From NCBI RefSeq assembly GCF_009914755.1, contig NC_060933.1: a DNA stretch of 64,000 bases. The stretch is one strand, 5' to 3'. The stretch is from the human T2T-CHM13v2.0 reference genome, Homo sapiens. Below, piece after piece: positions 13,412 through 25,494 of this stretch. The first letter of the stretch is position 1. Each line of letters begins with the position of its first letter. The notes beneath the pieces are model-generated. The model was not told the origin of the DNA and ran no database searches. It was given only the letters and a program-made list of their open reading frames with translations. Both the position numbers and the translations under genes were made by a program.

Positions 13412-13500
13412 GTGAGGTGGAGGTTACAGTGAGCCGAGATCGTGCCATTGGACTCCAGCCTGGGAAACAAGGGTGAAATTCTGTCTCAAAAAAAAAAAAA
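13412..13500 (+). mobile_element. Severely 5'-truncated Alu (right-arm 3' ~75 nt + polyA)
   Basis: GAGGTGGAGGTTACAGTGAGCCGAGATCGTGCCATTG...TCTC(A)n; 13-bp TSD AAAGTGCCTGGTT at 13399-13411 and 13498-13510. Confidence 0.93.
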
Positions 13501-13840
13501 GTGCCTGGTTATTAGGAATTATTAATTAAAGTATCATGATACCAAATGTACCACACTGCTAATAATCCCCAGCTGTGAGCAACATCCTAAATTATGAAGT
13601 TGATGTAGACCTGATTTTATGCTGCTTGCTCTGTCAATGTTGACAGTTAATATTTCAACTCATATCAAGCATACCAACTCAGACTACCCTGGGTGATGAA
13701 AGGCTGCACTCAGCATATATTTTATTACTAGGAAAATTATAAAGGAGAAGATTCATAAAAGGATTTTTCGTAAGAAATAAATATTCTTATATTGGGATGG
13801 TCTCATAGATTCCTGACAATAGGCCGTAAGAGGATTAGAT

Positions 13841-14810
13841 CAGTGACTCTTTTTTTGTGTGTACTCTCTAAAAAATTTTGAAAACTTATTTTCAAAAAGT
13901 ATCCCTTTCTATATTTTATGTATCTAAATTTTTTGTCATAAAGGTAAATAGCTATAAAAGATATTAATATTGATATTTACAATTAAATTGCTATGTTTTA
14001 AAATGTATTAAATATAATCTAAATGTCATATGAATTTATATCTATCATCATTCATTAAAAAATACATGAGCAAGCACTTTTTAGTAGTGTATTCTTATTA
14101 CATTTCCCACTCTGAATTTTATCCTAATGTAATATATATTTAGAATGGAAAGGTTTTAATTAATTGCCTTTATTGAGTAATTCATGGAAAAAATATATGA
14201 AATTAAACTGAAATTGACATATCAATATACTTCCTGTAACTGTAAGGCTCTAAGGGTTAATTTTTTTCATTAATTTATCATTACGATGATTAGCAGCAGG
14301 TACTCAAAACAACATAAATGTATATAAATTATAAAAAGTATCAAATACAAAATGTAAAAGTTTATTGGAAATAAATCTTTTAAGGAGATAGAAGCATTTT
14401 CTGATTAATTCACATTAGTATGAATATTTCTTGTTATTTTCAAAAGAGCTCAGCACCTTTTCTGTTGTAGTTTTTAATTTTTATAGATGTAATCTATGAT
14501 GGCTTACCTGTTATGTAAATGAGAATAGTTTTATTACAATAATGCCATTTATATTTTAGAACTCCTTTTGAACTATTTGCCAAAAATCACATGATATATT
14601 TTGAAAAATTATTTTTAATGATCTAGAATCAGCACAAATTTGCTCTTTTTCCATTTTTTAAAAGTATGATTAGGAAACTACCTGATATGCACATGAATTT
14701 GTTACTCAGTCTTTAAGGTCATTCACTTTCCTGACACTCACACACCAGCATTTTAAATTCATTTTGTGCCTTGTAGGTTTTTACACCCTGAAGCAGTGCA
14801 CCATATTAAG
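13841..14810 (-). mobile_element. hAT-Charlie family element with degenerate transposase C-terminus; right boundary approximate
   Basis: CAGTG terminus at 13841; minus strand of 14440-14650 resembles the hAT dimerisation region (RSLKIIF...CDFW...SIKxK...AE). Confidence 0.55.
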
Positions 14811-15440
14811 ATACAGTGGGACTTGAGCTATTCTTCTGTGAAGAGGAGGAGGGCAACTGTGAAAGAAATGGCTTGACTGTAAGATGTTCTCAGTCTAACC
14901 AATTTTAGGAAAGAAAATATGTGAAGGCAGAGGATCCAAAGCGATTCCCTTCAAACCATCCTACCCCATGGGACACCCTTTGTGAACTCCCTAAGGTAAC
15001 AGCAGTCCAGAACACAGATGACCTACAGGATTTCTGTTCCTTTCCAGCTTTTTATTTTACCATTGATGCTTCCTTTCTCCTATAAAGGAAACAACAGCTT
15101 CAAAAAACTTTGAAGAGGGTCTCAAAGTGATTGGGGGAAAAAATAAGTAAACTGCAGAATAGAAAGAGCTCTATGGTTAGGAAGTCCAATAAGCAATAAG
15201 GAGAGACAAGACAAAAGAGAACCAAACAAAATCCAATGTTACAACCTGATTAGAAATAGAAACTTGAGGATTTAATCGATGAGCGGGGTCACAAAGAATA
15301 TAAGTGCAGATCGACTTTTTGTACCAAAACAGCTGGCTGACTTCTTATCTGAATCTTGAAGTCATAGTAAATTATCACTAAGTTGTTATAGTTTTTGGAA
15401 GATTTGGAGTAAAGGTAAGCTGACAGATGATGGCTCTAAG

Positions 15441-15943
15441 ATGATGGCTTTCAATCTTTTAAAACACAACTAACGGCAAAAATAAAATTTACAGGTATAT
15501 AACTGAAACAGGAGTTTCAGTTCTTGAAAAAATATAATACTTACTTTCATGCCAGACCCCCTGCTGGCTTTAATAGGGATGACACCAGGTTTGAGAGGCC
15601 AAAGAAGAGACCTGGAGCCAAAAAACAAAACACGGGGTTTAATTGAGGGGACTTACATACAAAGCATTCCAGTGACAGTGGGCTGAACAGGAGAACTGTT
15701 CTCATTTGTAAGATGCATGCAGTTTATGTGGATCAGGTGCAACCACATTCTCAGATTACACTTAAGTTATTGCTATCAGGTGTGTCTACCATACACTTAC
15801 CCTTACAATGTGGGGTATTCTATAATATTTTGTCTTCCCTCCTTCATTCTTCTTACGTATTAAAGACAATGCTGGTCAAGAATCACCAATTTATTTCACC
15901 ATTCACCTAATAAGTAATGATTTTCATCTGAAAAACACCACTG
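15441..15943. mobile_element. hAT-Charlie MITE interrupted by an LTR
   Basis: GGCTTTCAA start; host text AATAC-TTAC/CCTTACAATGTG rejoins across the insert; ends GAAAAACACCACTG. Confidence 0.55.
15545..15795 (-). mobile_element. Short ERVL-type solo LTR (LTR47-like), probably internally deleted
   Basis: GAGAGGCCAAAGAAGAGACCTGGAGCC...GGGTTTAATTGAGGGGACTTACATACA; ends in CA; 5-bp TSD CTTAC at 15540-15544 and 15796-15800. Confidence 0.7.
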
Positions 15944-16984
15944 TACGGTCCACTGAAAAATAACCATATATTTTTGTATTAAAATTTTATTTTAAAAAAA
16001 TTCCTGAAGAAAATCACACATACATTTGACTCATCTCTGCTCAGGAGAAATCAAGCTGCTCATACCCCAAGGACATAACCAGGATCCCTTTGGTGGCAGC
16101 CCATCCCAACTGTAGGCATTGTGCCCAAGATGAAATAGCCTCTGGAATGCTACAGAATGACAATAAATAGGGAAAAAAAGCCTAGTAGAGAGTCAAAGTG
16201 CTCGTAAGCCAGTCTGTTAATTGATGCAAACCTTCTGTTCTGTGATGATAGTGAAGAGGGGTGAAATGGGTGTGGAGGAGGCTGGCGGGCTAGGAAGAAG
16301 TGAGATTTAAGAGAATGGATGATTTAAGTGGAGAGAGAGAGTTCCTGGAGCTTCTTCATACAAACAATCTTCCCAATAGAGTGCTAGATTATCTATGCAT
16401 TCCACACATCTTGTAACTGATAGTTGTCCTTGTTTACCCCCTCTCTCTAAGAAGAGAAATATGTGGAATTAAACAAGGCATCAACTTCCTAAGAATGTGC
16501 TATTGCAATGGGCTCAAGCCAATGAGGGCAATGAGAGAACAAATACATCATTAGGGTGCAATCCAAGCAACACAAGTAAATGGACACAATGGAAGAGGTC
16601 TGTGAGAAGACTGCTGAAGACAAGAAATGCTTTTTTTTGAAACAGAATATATAAACTTCCAATCTACCTACGGTTATAAAGAACTATTTTGAAAGGTCCA
16701 TTTTATAGTAAGTTTTTAAAAAGTTAAAAGCAAAACAAACAAAAATCTCTGGGATATACAGTGTCATCACTTCCAAGTCAAATTACAAAATAAAAAATTA
16801 ATAAGATTTATTACTCTGAAATATTCCATGACTGAAAAAATACCCAGAGTGCCTAAAACTCTGAACACTTACAGTCCCCAGAAGAATCAGTAGAGAACTT
16901 AATGGTAGAAGTAAAAATAAAATTAATTTTAAAAACCTGTAAAACCCCTGGAGAGCCAATGGAAGTGGCTATAAATGGATTCCT

Positions 16985-17125
16985 AAATGGAATCACCTGC
17001 AGGAGCTTTTGGACCATCGGAAACCAAAGCTGAATACAGAGCAATTAAATCAGTCTCCAGAAATGGAACCCAGCTATCAGCACTATTCAAATCTAATGTG
17101 TGGCCAGTGTGGTTGAGAACCACTG
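16985..17125. mobile_element. MER5B-like MITE
   Basis: GAATCACCTG...AATTAAATCAG...TCTAATGTG...GGTTGAGAACCACTG followed by CTCTAGA. Confidence 0.7.
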
Positions 17126-17131
17126 CTCTAG

Positions 17132-17290
17132 ACCCTTGCCACTCACAGTGTGGTCCATGGGCCAACTGTATCACCTGGGAGTTTATTAGAAACACATAAC
17201 CTCAAGCCCTTGCCCAGACCTACTGAATCAGAATCCATATTTAACAAAATCCCCGGATGGTTCCTGTGCACATTACATTTGAGAATCACT
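17132..17290. mobile_element. MER5A1-like MITE
   Basis: AGTGTGGTCC...ATCACCTGGGAG...CCCAGACCTACTGAATCAGAATC...TTTAACAAAATCCCC...TTTGAGAATCACTG. Confidence 0.85.
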
Positions 17291-20153
17291 GATTTAGAAG
17301 ATGGACACTATTACATTCTGGCATCCACTCTTCCTTAATATTTAATCATTTCTTGCTTGATATTGATGTAATGTATTTGGAATGAGCCAAGTAGCAGCAC
17401 CTGCTATGTTGTGCTAGCTCTGACTTCTCTAATTGCTCAGAGTTGATGTCCAAATGTTTAAGAACTGAAGGGTCAGTTTCTGTCTTCATCCTAATTATGA
17501 ATAGCCTTGTCCCTTCCCCAGTGGGATCAAAATATTGCCAGGATTCTACTTAGAATCCAGTGTCCTTTGCTGCCAACCAGATTCTAGACAAAATTTGGTA
17601 TGTTAATCCTGTTTATATATTTTTAGGTTGGGCATCAATGGTAACCCTGACACTGCTCCTACCTTCTGCCTCTCCTAGTTTTCTCTACCACTAATTCTAA
17701 CTATATAGAATAAACTCAAAATCTAACAGAGTGGCTGTGGAGGCAGTTGACCTTCCTTGCTTATGCTAATTCTCTTTCAAAAAAGTGGCTGCGGTTCTGA
17801 ATCCACATGTAGAACTGGTTGATGATGTTACCCAGTTGGTTCTGCTGCTACTGGTTTTTCCATGTATCGTAATTTCCTATGCATTTTAAATTTCATTTGT
17901 CCACCAGGCTACTGAAATGGACGGATAGCCTTTAAAATGACTTCTAGAGCAGAATTCCTCCTGCATTCCACTGCCGATGACCTTTACAGTAGAAATACAT
18001 CAGTCCCTGGCCTTGGAACTGGGTTTTATAAAGTCACTCCTCTAGTCTTCTTTTCTGCTACATTTCTTTGCATATAACCCATGAAAATGTTTCATGCTCA
18101 GCTGAACTCTAACATTATTATAGGGTAGATGGCCAATGTAAAGTCGTCTCAGATTAATAAGACTTGTAAGGAAATCTCAGAAGGCTTCTCTGTGTAGGGA
18201 CAAAAAAGCAAACAATAAAAGAAGAAATGTAAAAATAGCGTTTAGTAAACCAGAAAAATCTTTTCCACGTTTTTCTGGTGAACACCAACTTATTCCAGGA
18301 CATACTATTAGATTGTCCGTGTGCCGAAGTGCTCTAAGATCGTGGAGTAAATGTATCTCCAGTCACTAGAAGTGGAAGCCCTAAATGGCCTAAGTCTAGT
18401 AGAACTAGACTTACCTGTGTAAGCACAGACTGAATTTTGGAAGACCTATAACTCTGGCTCACTGAAGAGGAATCAACTTCTAAAAGGGAGATTATTAGAT
18501 TTTTCCAAAAAAAGAACATAAAAGTTCCTATGGCATTCAAATCACAGGACTAAGATGTGCAGTTGCTTTAGAATCAGGAGCTTTTTAACGAACAGCTGTA
18601 ATGCATTTGGGCAGTTGTGCAAAACAGAAAGTTGGCAGACCAGATACTCTTTTCAGACATTAAACACAAGACGCTTGGGGCCAGATCTGGTGATTAAGAA
18701 ATCAAATGTTTTCTTTTTCCTCTTCCAACCTGTTCTCAGAGTGTGGAAAGTTATGTGATTTTTCTTCTCTGACCCTCTGGTTGTGTTTATCAGGCCTGTC
18801 TCCTCAGCCAGACTAGATCCAGCCACTGGAGGTCAGTTCAATTCAACTCAATCCAGCCTGATCTAGTCCAACTCAGCCTTCTCCACCTTTCTTTCGAGGA
18901 GACCTATATGAACATAAAGAACTCAAGTGTCTTGGGGGCTGATACACCAGGTTGTCTACAGCTCATCTCATAAAATGTCTTGACTCTGAGGCAAGCACTA
19001 TGCCTGTTTGCTTCCACTGAGGATGTATAGATCTGATTTCTAGATACTTTACCACATCCTGGATTCTGCTTCCTCTATAATTACCAGATTCTATATATCA
19101 TTGATTTTTCTAGTCCATTTGGGCATGACTTACTTTTGTACCTGGCTCTAATTAACCTACCTGCATCCTGACTGCCTCTCAACTCTCATACTAACTCTTT
19201 CCCCTGGTCCCTGCCTCTACCTCTGTCCTTCATTTCAACCTTTCAGGTTTCATTTTCTCCTTCCACAACTTGGCCTGGCAGAAACTGCTTCCTCCGAAAG
19301 GTTTTTCTTTCAAGTACACATGCAGAAATATGCATGAGCATCTGGTGTGAGCTTTTTGTTCATCTTCAGCCTCTAGTGAAATACAGAGACAGCTACTCTG
19401 AGCAAAAGAGAAAAAAAAATCAAGATTAATGAGAATGAACATCAGAGAAATGCCTTCACATCTAGAAAACATTAAGAGCCTGCTTTAGCCACATGGAAAT
19501 AGGTGTGTGTCTGGATATCAGCTCTTTCCCCCGGGTCTACCTGTAGTAGACCAGACTCCCAAGAAGCCTGGCAACGGGAAGAGGGAGACTCTAGTGAAAA
19601 GTGGTTGCCACTTCCTGGCTCTCACAAGGAAAAGGGTGGATCTAGAGTGTCTGTTCATCAGTCAAACATCCATAATGGCCTTACCGGTTGTTAAAAATAT
19701 TGAAATACTACCCTACTAATTAATAAACAGCCATTGTCCATCCCTCCCATCCACCCCTTTCTTTGCCTTGGTGCCCTGACTACCTCCATTGGTTCCTCTC
19801 ATGCCTCCACCAACTAAAAATTTAACATTATGATTGGTGGGCTCAATACCTTGTTAAATATTACGGTAATCTCTCCTCAATAATCACTCCTGACTCTCAC
19901 AGGAATAGCATGCTTAGAGCCACCTAGAAACCAATAAGGAAAGAAATAACCTTTTAAGGTCATCTTAGGAAGCATGATGCACTTGCCTCCTCAGTAAAAT
20001 TATTCAGGGGCTGCTCAGATTCACCCTACTCCTTTTGCTTCACCCATTTTCCTCATTGACATGGTTTTTTTGACTGTCTGTCTGATGATCTAATCTTGCT
20101 ATCCCTCTATCCTTATCCATGGAGTAGGCTACAGGGAGCCTGCGGTCTCCATT

Positions 20154-20515
20154 TGCTATAGTCTGAATGTTTGCATCTCCCCCAAATTCATATGTTGAAA
20201 CATAATTCCCAGTGTGGTGGTATATGGAGTTGAGGTCTTTGGAAGGTGATTAGGTCCCAGTGGTGGAGCCTTCATGAATGGGATTAATGCCCTTATAAAA
20301 GAGACCCCAGAGAGATCCTTGCCTATTCCACCATGTGAGGACACAATGAGAAGGTGCCATCTACAACCCAGCAAGCATGCCTTCACCAGACACTGAATCT
20401 ACTGTTGCCTTGATCTTGGACTTCCCAGCCTCCAGAACTGAGAAATACATTTCTTTTGTTTATAAGCCACCTAGCCTATGACATTTTATTATAGCAGCCC
20501 AAATGGAGCAAGACA
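20154..20515 (+). mobile_element. MLT1A/MLT1A0 solo LTR
   Basis: TGCTATAGTCTGAATGTTTG...CCCTTATAAAAGAGACCCCAGAGAG...CTTGGACTTCCCAGCCTCCAGAACTG...AAGACA; TG..CA termini. Confidence 0.95.
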
Positions 20516-20724
20516 CCCATTAGATAACACTTTAAACTCCTTTTCTTCATATAGTCAGCTTCCTGGACAGGAACTGGTTAGTTCCAAATCTAATGATCAG
20601 ATTCCTCCCAAGTGTTCACTCTACACCCCCATGCAGCCATGTGTGAGATTCCCTGTTGCAACCACCAGAGGCAACCAGGTACCAGTTAAGCCTAGCACCT
20701 TCTGCAGTTTCCCTTTCCAACTGT

Positions 20725-20910
20725 ATCATAGCAGAACAGAGAGGGTGCTTTGGAATCAGGCAGACTTGGATTTGATATCCAGCTTCTCTTTACTACCCAA
20801 GTTACTTGAGCAAATGACTGAACCTTTGTAGACCTATTTTTTTTTAAAGTCACAAAATGAAGGTAAATATTACTTCATAGAGATGATAACAGGATGAAAC
20901 AAAATAATGC
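20725..20910 (+). mobile_element. MIR SINE
   Basis: GCTTTGGAATCAGGCAGACTTGGATTTGA...TTGAGCAAATGACTGAACCT...AAAATGAAGG. Confidence 0.65.
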
Positions 20911-21170
20911 TGTTGTAGTGACCCACTTATTTTCTTTTTCTTTTTCTATTCAATGTCTCTTTAAGGAACTCTTCCTTTCCTATTCTTATTCTCCATGGTT
21001 TGGTAATGGATGTGGTCACATGACCCAGGAGGCCAGTATACTCTACCCCCTCTGGCCATAGTGTTGGTCTGATTTTTGCCTATGACCCAAACTAGCTAAT
21101 CAATATCTTCTCTTGGAATTTGCTAGAACAACCTATAAAGAGGCATTCTCCTTTCATGAGTACACTTGAA
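20911..21170 (+). mobile_element. Old LTR fragment (family uncertain)
   Basis: GGTCACATGACCCAGG...CCCTCTGGCCATAGTG...ATGACCCAAACTAG is typical of ancient ERVL/MaLR LTRs. Confidence 0.4.
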
Positions 21171-21394
21171 TAGGCAGTAGGAGAAAAAGAATTATTTTAG
21201 TTTTTATGATTTGCACCCAATGTTATGAATTTTGAGAAGAATTTTTATAATGGTATTCTGCCACTTGCAATCTGGAGTCATCATATGTATATAAATTCCC
21301 AACTCTGCATATATATAATTCATATCAATATATGAATTTAGAGCACTAAATTAATTCTTGATAAATGGTAGCCATATGTATCTGTACATATTTA

Positions 21395-21975
21395 AAATGG
21401 CTTAAGAAGAAGAGAAATTTGTTGATTCTTGTGGCTGGAGGGCCCAGTTGAGTGTTGAGATGAAGAACTGTCCTCAGAGGCTCCAGGAATTCTGAGCATG
21501 TCTGTCATCTCTGCTTCCCTAATGTCCATTGGCTTTATGATCTCTACTGCAGATGACTTATTAAATGAGGGACAGGGACATGACCAGAGACTAATCTCAG
21601 TTTATAACAGAGGAAAGAAAATATATTTTTCTCCGAGTGTCTATGAAATGTCTCTCGTGTCTCTGAAGACACATTCACAAAGGGATATATTTCCAAAGCT
21701 TAGGTTTTTCTAAAGCTGTTTTGAGCTTTAGAAAAGTATCCCTTTGAATAATTTTCTAAAAGTATTATGCGGTGATCAAATCTGACCATTACTGAGCCAG
21801 TCTCTGAGACGTGTGTAAGTGCGTGTGTGTGAGTGTGTTGTGCACTCTAACTGATGCATTCACTAAAGTCATATGGAGAAAGAAACAGTAGTTCCCAACG
21901 GAAGGGTAGCAGAATTACCAAAAGAATGTTTGGGAAGGGATGCTGGGCAGACCCAAACGGTAAGTATCTGCTATT
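21395..21975 (-). mobile_element. Old MaLR LTR (MLT1J/K-like)
   Basis: AAATGGCTTAAG...ATCTCTGCTTCCC...ACCAAAAGAA...GGATGCTGGGCAGAC. Confidence 0.5.
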
Positions 21976-22893
21976 GATATCATCATTTTCATCCTATTAT
22001 TATTATTGTTGTTATTGTTCACAACTATCTTCATAAAAGATAATGGCATTTGGACTGTTTGGCAGTAAAACTTGACCTGAAATATCTGGCAACAGGATAT
22101 ATAGGTAGCATTTCTTTATTGAAGGGGAAAAATTTTGTCCCTAACTTATGACGAACATTGTCATCCATTAAAAAATATTAGTGTGAGTTGAGGTTGAAGC
22201 CTCATGAGAAAAAAAGTATTTCAGATATGCAGAAATTTCATGCACCAAGTGTTCCTAGAATCAGTGATCTTACCTGAAGGACACTCAGTATAGCACAGAT
22301 GAGTGTACTTTGTGGCCACTTAATGAATATGAATTCAATATAATTTTTGAACAAGGAGTGCAAAGGCAATATCTTTTAATAGTTTATTTTCAATATGTCA
22401 CATCTTTGGTAATAAGGTGCCAAAAGGGATATGTTTGGTTGTGGCTGGTTAATATTACTCCATATACAATAGAAGACCTATAAAGAATCTGTTTCTTCAT
22501 TTTCTGCAGTCAAATTTGTTTGACTTTATTGTGTAATTGGCTTTTAAAAAAAAAAAGACAAAATAAAGTTTCTCAGTATAGCACATGAAAGTTGACATGA
22601 CAACCAATTTTTCTAGTGTATTGTGGATTTAGAAATTTAGTAAATGCAGATATATAGTTAGGCAAATTCACAAAGTCACATCATAGAATTTCTACTTTAC
22701 ATAAATTAGCAAGTCATTTGGAGCTTTTACGGCTCTTGGTGATAAACTATATTAAATCACCTTTTGAAGAAATCGATTTTTATTCTCCTAAATTTTATGT
22801 ATTCAGGCCTTAATCATTTTATATTAACATGTTACTAGCAGATGTCTAGTTGTTAGTAAACAAACATTCATATTTCTTACTAGAAGAAATTCT

Positions 22894-23051
22894 GGCCAGG
22901 TGCAGTGGCACAAGCCTGTAGCCCCAGCTACTTGGAAGGCTGAAGTGGGAGAATCACTTGAGCCCAGGAGTTCCAGGATGCAGTGAGCTATGGTCGTGCC
23001 ACTGTACCGTAGCCTTGGCAACAGAGTGAGAACCCATCGCTTAAAAAAAAA
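22894..23051 (+). mobile_element. Free right Alu monomer (FRAM-like)
   Basis: Single ~150-nt monomer GGCCAGGTGCAGTGG...GAGCCCAGGAGTTC...GCAGTGAGCTATG...polyA; TSD AAATTCT at 22887-22893 and 23049-23055. Confidence 0.9.
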
Positions 23052-23173
23052 TTCTCATTTTTTAAAACCAGAGGGAGAACACTGCCAAATTAAGTTCTGA
23101 CTTCAGAAATAGAGAAGATAATGATCATGATGCACCCTTCTCCCCCTTGCCTATCTTTTACTCCACCCTACAG

Positions 23174-23359
23174 CAGAATTGCCAAATTTAGCAGGTAAAA
23201 ATATAGGCTGTCCAGCTAAATTTGTATTTCAGATAACAAATTTCTTAGCATAAGTGTACCCCATGCAATATTAGGCATATTTACACTAACAATTATTTGT
23301 TGTTTATCTGAAATTCAAATTTAACTGGACATTTATTTTTGTTAAATCTAGCAACTCTA
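23174..23359. mobile_element. MER53 palindromic MITE
   Basis: Termini TTGCCAAATTTAGCA...TGTTAAATCTAGCAA are inverted; inner CCAGCTAAATTTGTATTTCAGATAA pairs with TTATCTGAAATTCAAATTTAACTGG. Confidence 0.85.
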
Positions 23360-25468
23360 TTGAAACTCTAAAATGGACTCGTTATACTCTTTTTAAATAT
23401 GTTTTTCTGCTAAAATATGCACAAAGAAAAGGATCCCAAACCTATTCATCCTAAAATATAAACCTGTATGCAGCTCTTAGGGCTCATCTCAGTTTGCTGC
23501 TGTACCCAGTAGAAACAAAAATAGGTCTCAAAACCAGCCTTAAAAGGGAGGTGATCTTTCCTGGCAGTCCATTGAAGTTCCACAGCACATCACACAAATC
23601 TTCTGAGAGGATGTCTTCTTTTCTATGTTTTTTCCAAAGTCTTACTCTGTGAGGAATCTCTTCCCAGTCTTGCTTTCTTCTCTACACATCTCCTCCTCAA
23701 ACTCCTCTTTCCGCTCCCGCTGCCGTTGCATTCAGTTCTCTTATCTTCTCCAGTCCTCTGCCATTTGCATCGTCACACACATCCCAGCACCACCAGCAGA
23801 TTTGGGAAGGAGGAAGTAAAAGGAGGTGATGCTGTGGATGCAAGTTTATGTTGACATACACCCCAACATTCGCCATTATTACAAACAAAGTGCTTGTAAT
23901 TATTTTACTGACTCAAAAGTTGAGCTAAATCTAACCTTCTTCTAGTTTTCCTTCCAAAATGTACAATGATCTAAATTTCTTAAAATGCACTCCTCTCAGC
24001 ATTGCAATTGTGCTTCAGTGTCTAACGTAATGACTTCTAACCTAAAATATAAAATAAGAAAGCTCTTTGCCTTCTTTTTAGCTTGCAGGATCATATCAGA
24101 AGCCCAGAAATTATTCCATGTAGGCAAAAGTTCATATTCTGCCCTCCCTCTGGATAAATTGAGCTTGTCTACAGTAATTTCTTTGCATTTCATACCCGTA
24201 CGCTTATTACAGCTGCCATTGTCCAGCAATATTTTTCCCCATTCGTCATCATAACAGCTTATAAGTGTTTGATGGAAATAAACAGAGCCAACACAATTCT
24301 GTCATTTAGGCAGCCAAATTCATGAGTCCGGGCATCAATGTGTAGTGATACAATATCCAGAAGCCCCTGCCTGATGATTGTTATCCGTATGATCTGTAGA
24401 TGGCTCAGCCTGGTCTTAAGTTGTGGGGTCAGGTAAACCCTTGGTATAACAAAACAGACTGAGTGTGATATTTATTGTTGAATTTCTTTGTTAAAATCTG
24501 CCCCTGAAGTTTATTTTTTTAAAAGCCTGTACAATCCATGCCTGATGACAGTCCAGTGCAGGCTTGACAGTAGCTGTTCACGTTTTCACTTGCCCAGAAT
24601 AAATAACAATTATTTCTGGGTGTGGAGAAAAAAAATTTGTTTACTTTATGTTCCTACCATTAAGACACCTACACCCCAACAATGATCAAGGAAAGGCAGG
24701 CTGGAAAAGCACTTTTTGGAATGTCTAATAATAATAACAATGGTAGTAATTTAATATTAGCAATAATATAGACTATATTTCAAATTATCAGCCTGGTATG
24801 TTTTAAAACAATTATACAGAGACAAATGTGAAAGTGTGATTTTTTTTAGAAATATTGTATTGCTGAAGGGTAAACTATATCTATCTTAAGAATAAAAAGA
24901 TTATTGAGTGTCACTGAAAGCAAAAAGCAAGCTATCCTGCCTCTTTGTATGCAGTTTCTCATTTTGTAAATAATATGGCCCTAACTTTGTAAATGAATTA
25001 GGTAGCATCTACACAGCAGAAAAACATCTAGTTGAAAAATAGTTAATTTATCCAAATGATATTTAAAAACACAGTATAGTGCCAACAAATTAATGGATTC
25101 ATTTTATTTCATGGACCTGTTCCACATTCCTGATAACTATTTTCCTGATGATTTATCACATTTGTCTCTTCCTGTGGCTAAAACTTACCTTTCTGTCTGG
25201 AGTATATCTTTGCATGATGCAAGGCTATCATTTGACTCTGATGATTTTATTTTTCTGATAAATTTTGGAAGATTAATCTGATAGAATACTAAGCCATATG
25301 TGGGCTATGTTGGTGAGGCCCATGTGTGTACAAGAAAATGTTAAGCCAAAAAATTTAAAAACTGGACCCCAAAGAAAGTGTACCTATTGATTTCAACTGT
25401 GTGAATGTATTATACACATTAGCAGAGAATAAAACTTAAATTGGAGGATAATAGTCTATGTTCATTAA

Positions 25469-25494
25469 GTGTGTGTATGTGTGTGTGTGTGTGT
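25469..25494 (+). repeat. Imperfect (TG)n microsatellite
   Basis: Directly visible. Confidence 0.9.

Noticed and set aside
17541-17564. 8-bp palindrome GGATTCTA-CT-TAGAATCC, and a minus-strand DTG codon triplet suggesting a retroviral protease relic
   Set aside because: Several 8-bp short-spacer palindromes are expected by chance in 64 kb. DTG is followed by a stop two codons later and I could not extend any homology.
18790-18880. Loose pentamer periodicity (TCCAG/TTCAA/CTCAA)
   Set aside because: Short, degenerate low-complexity sequence with no further structure.
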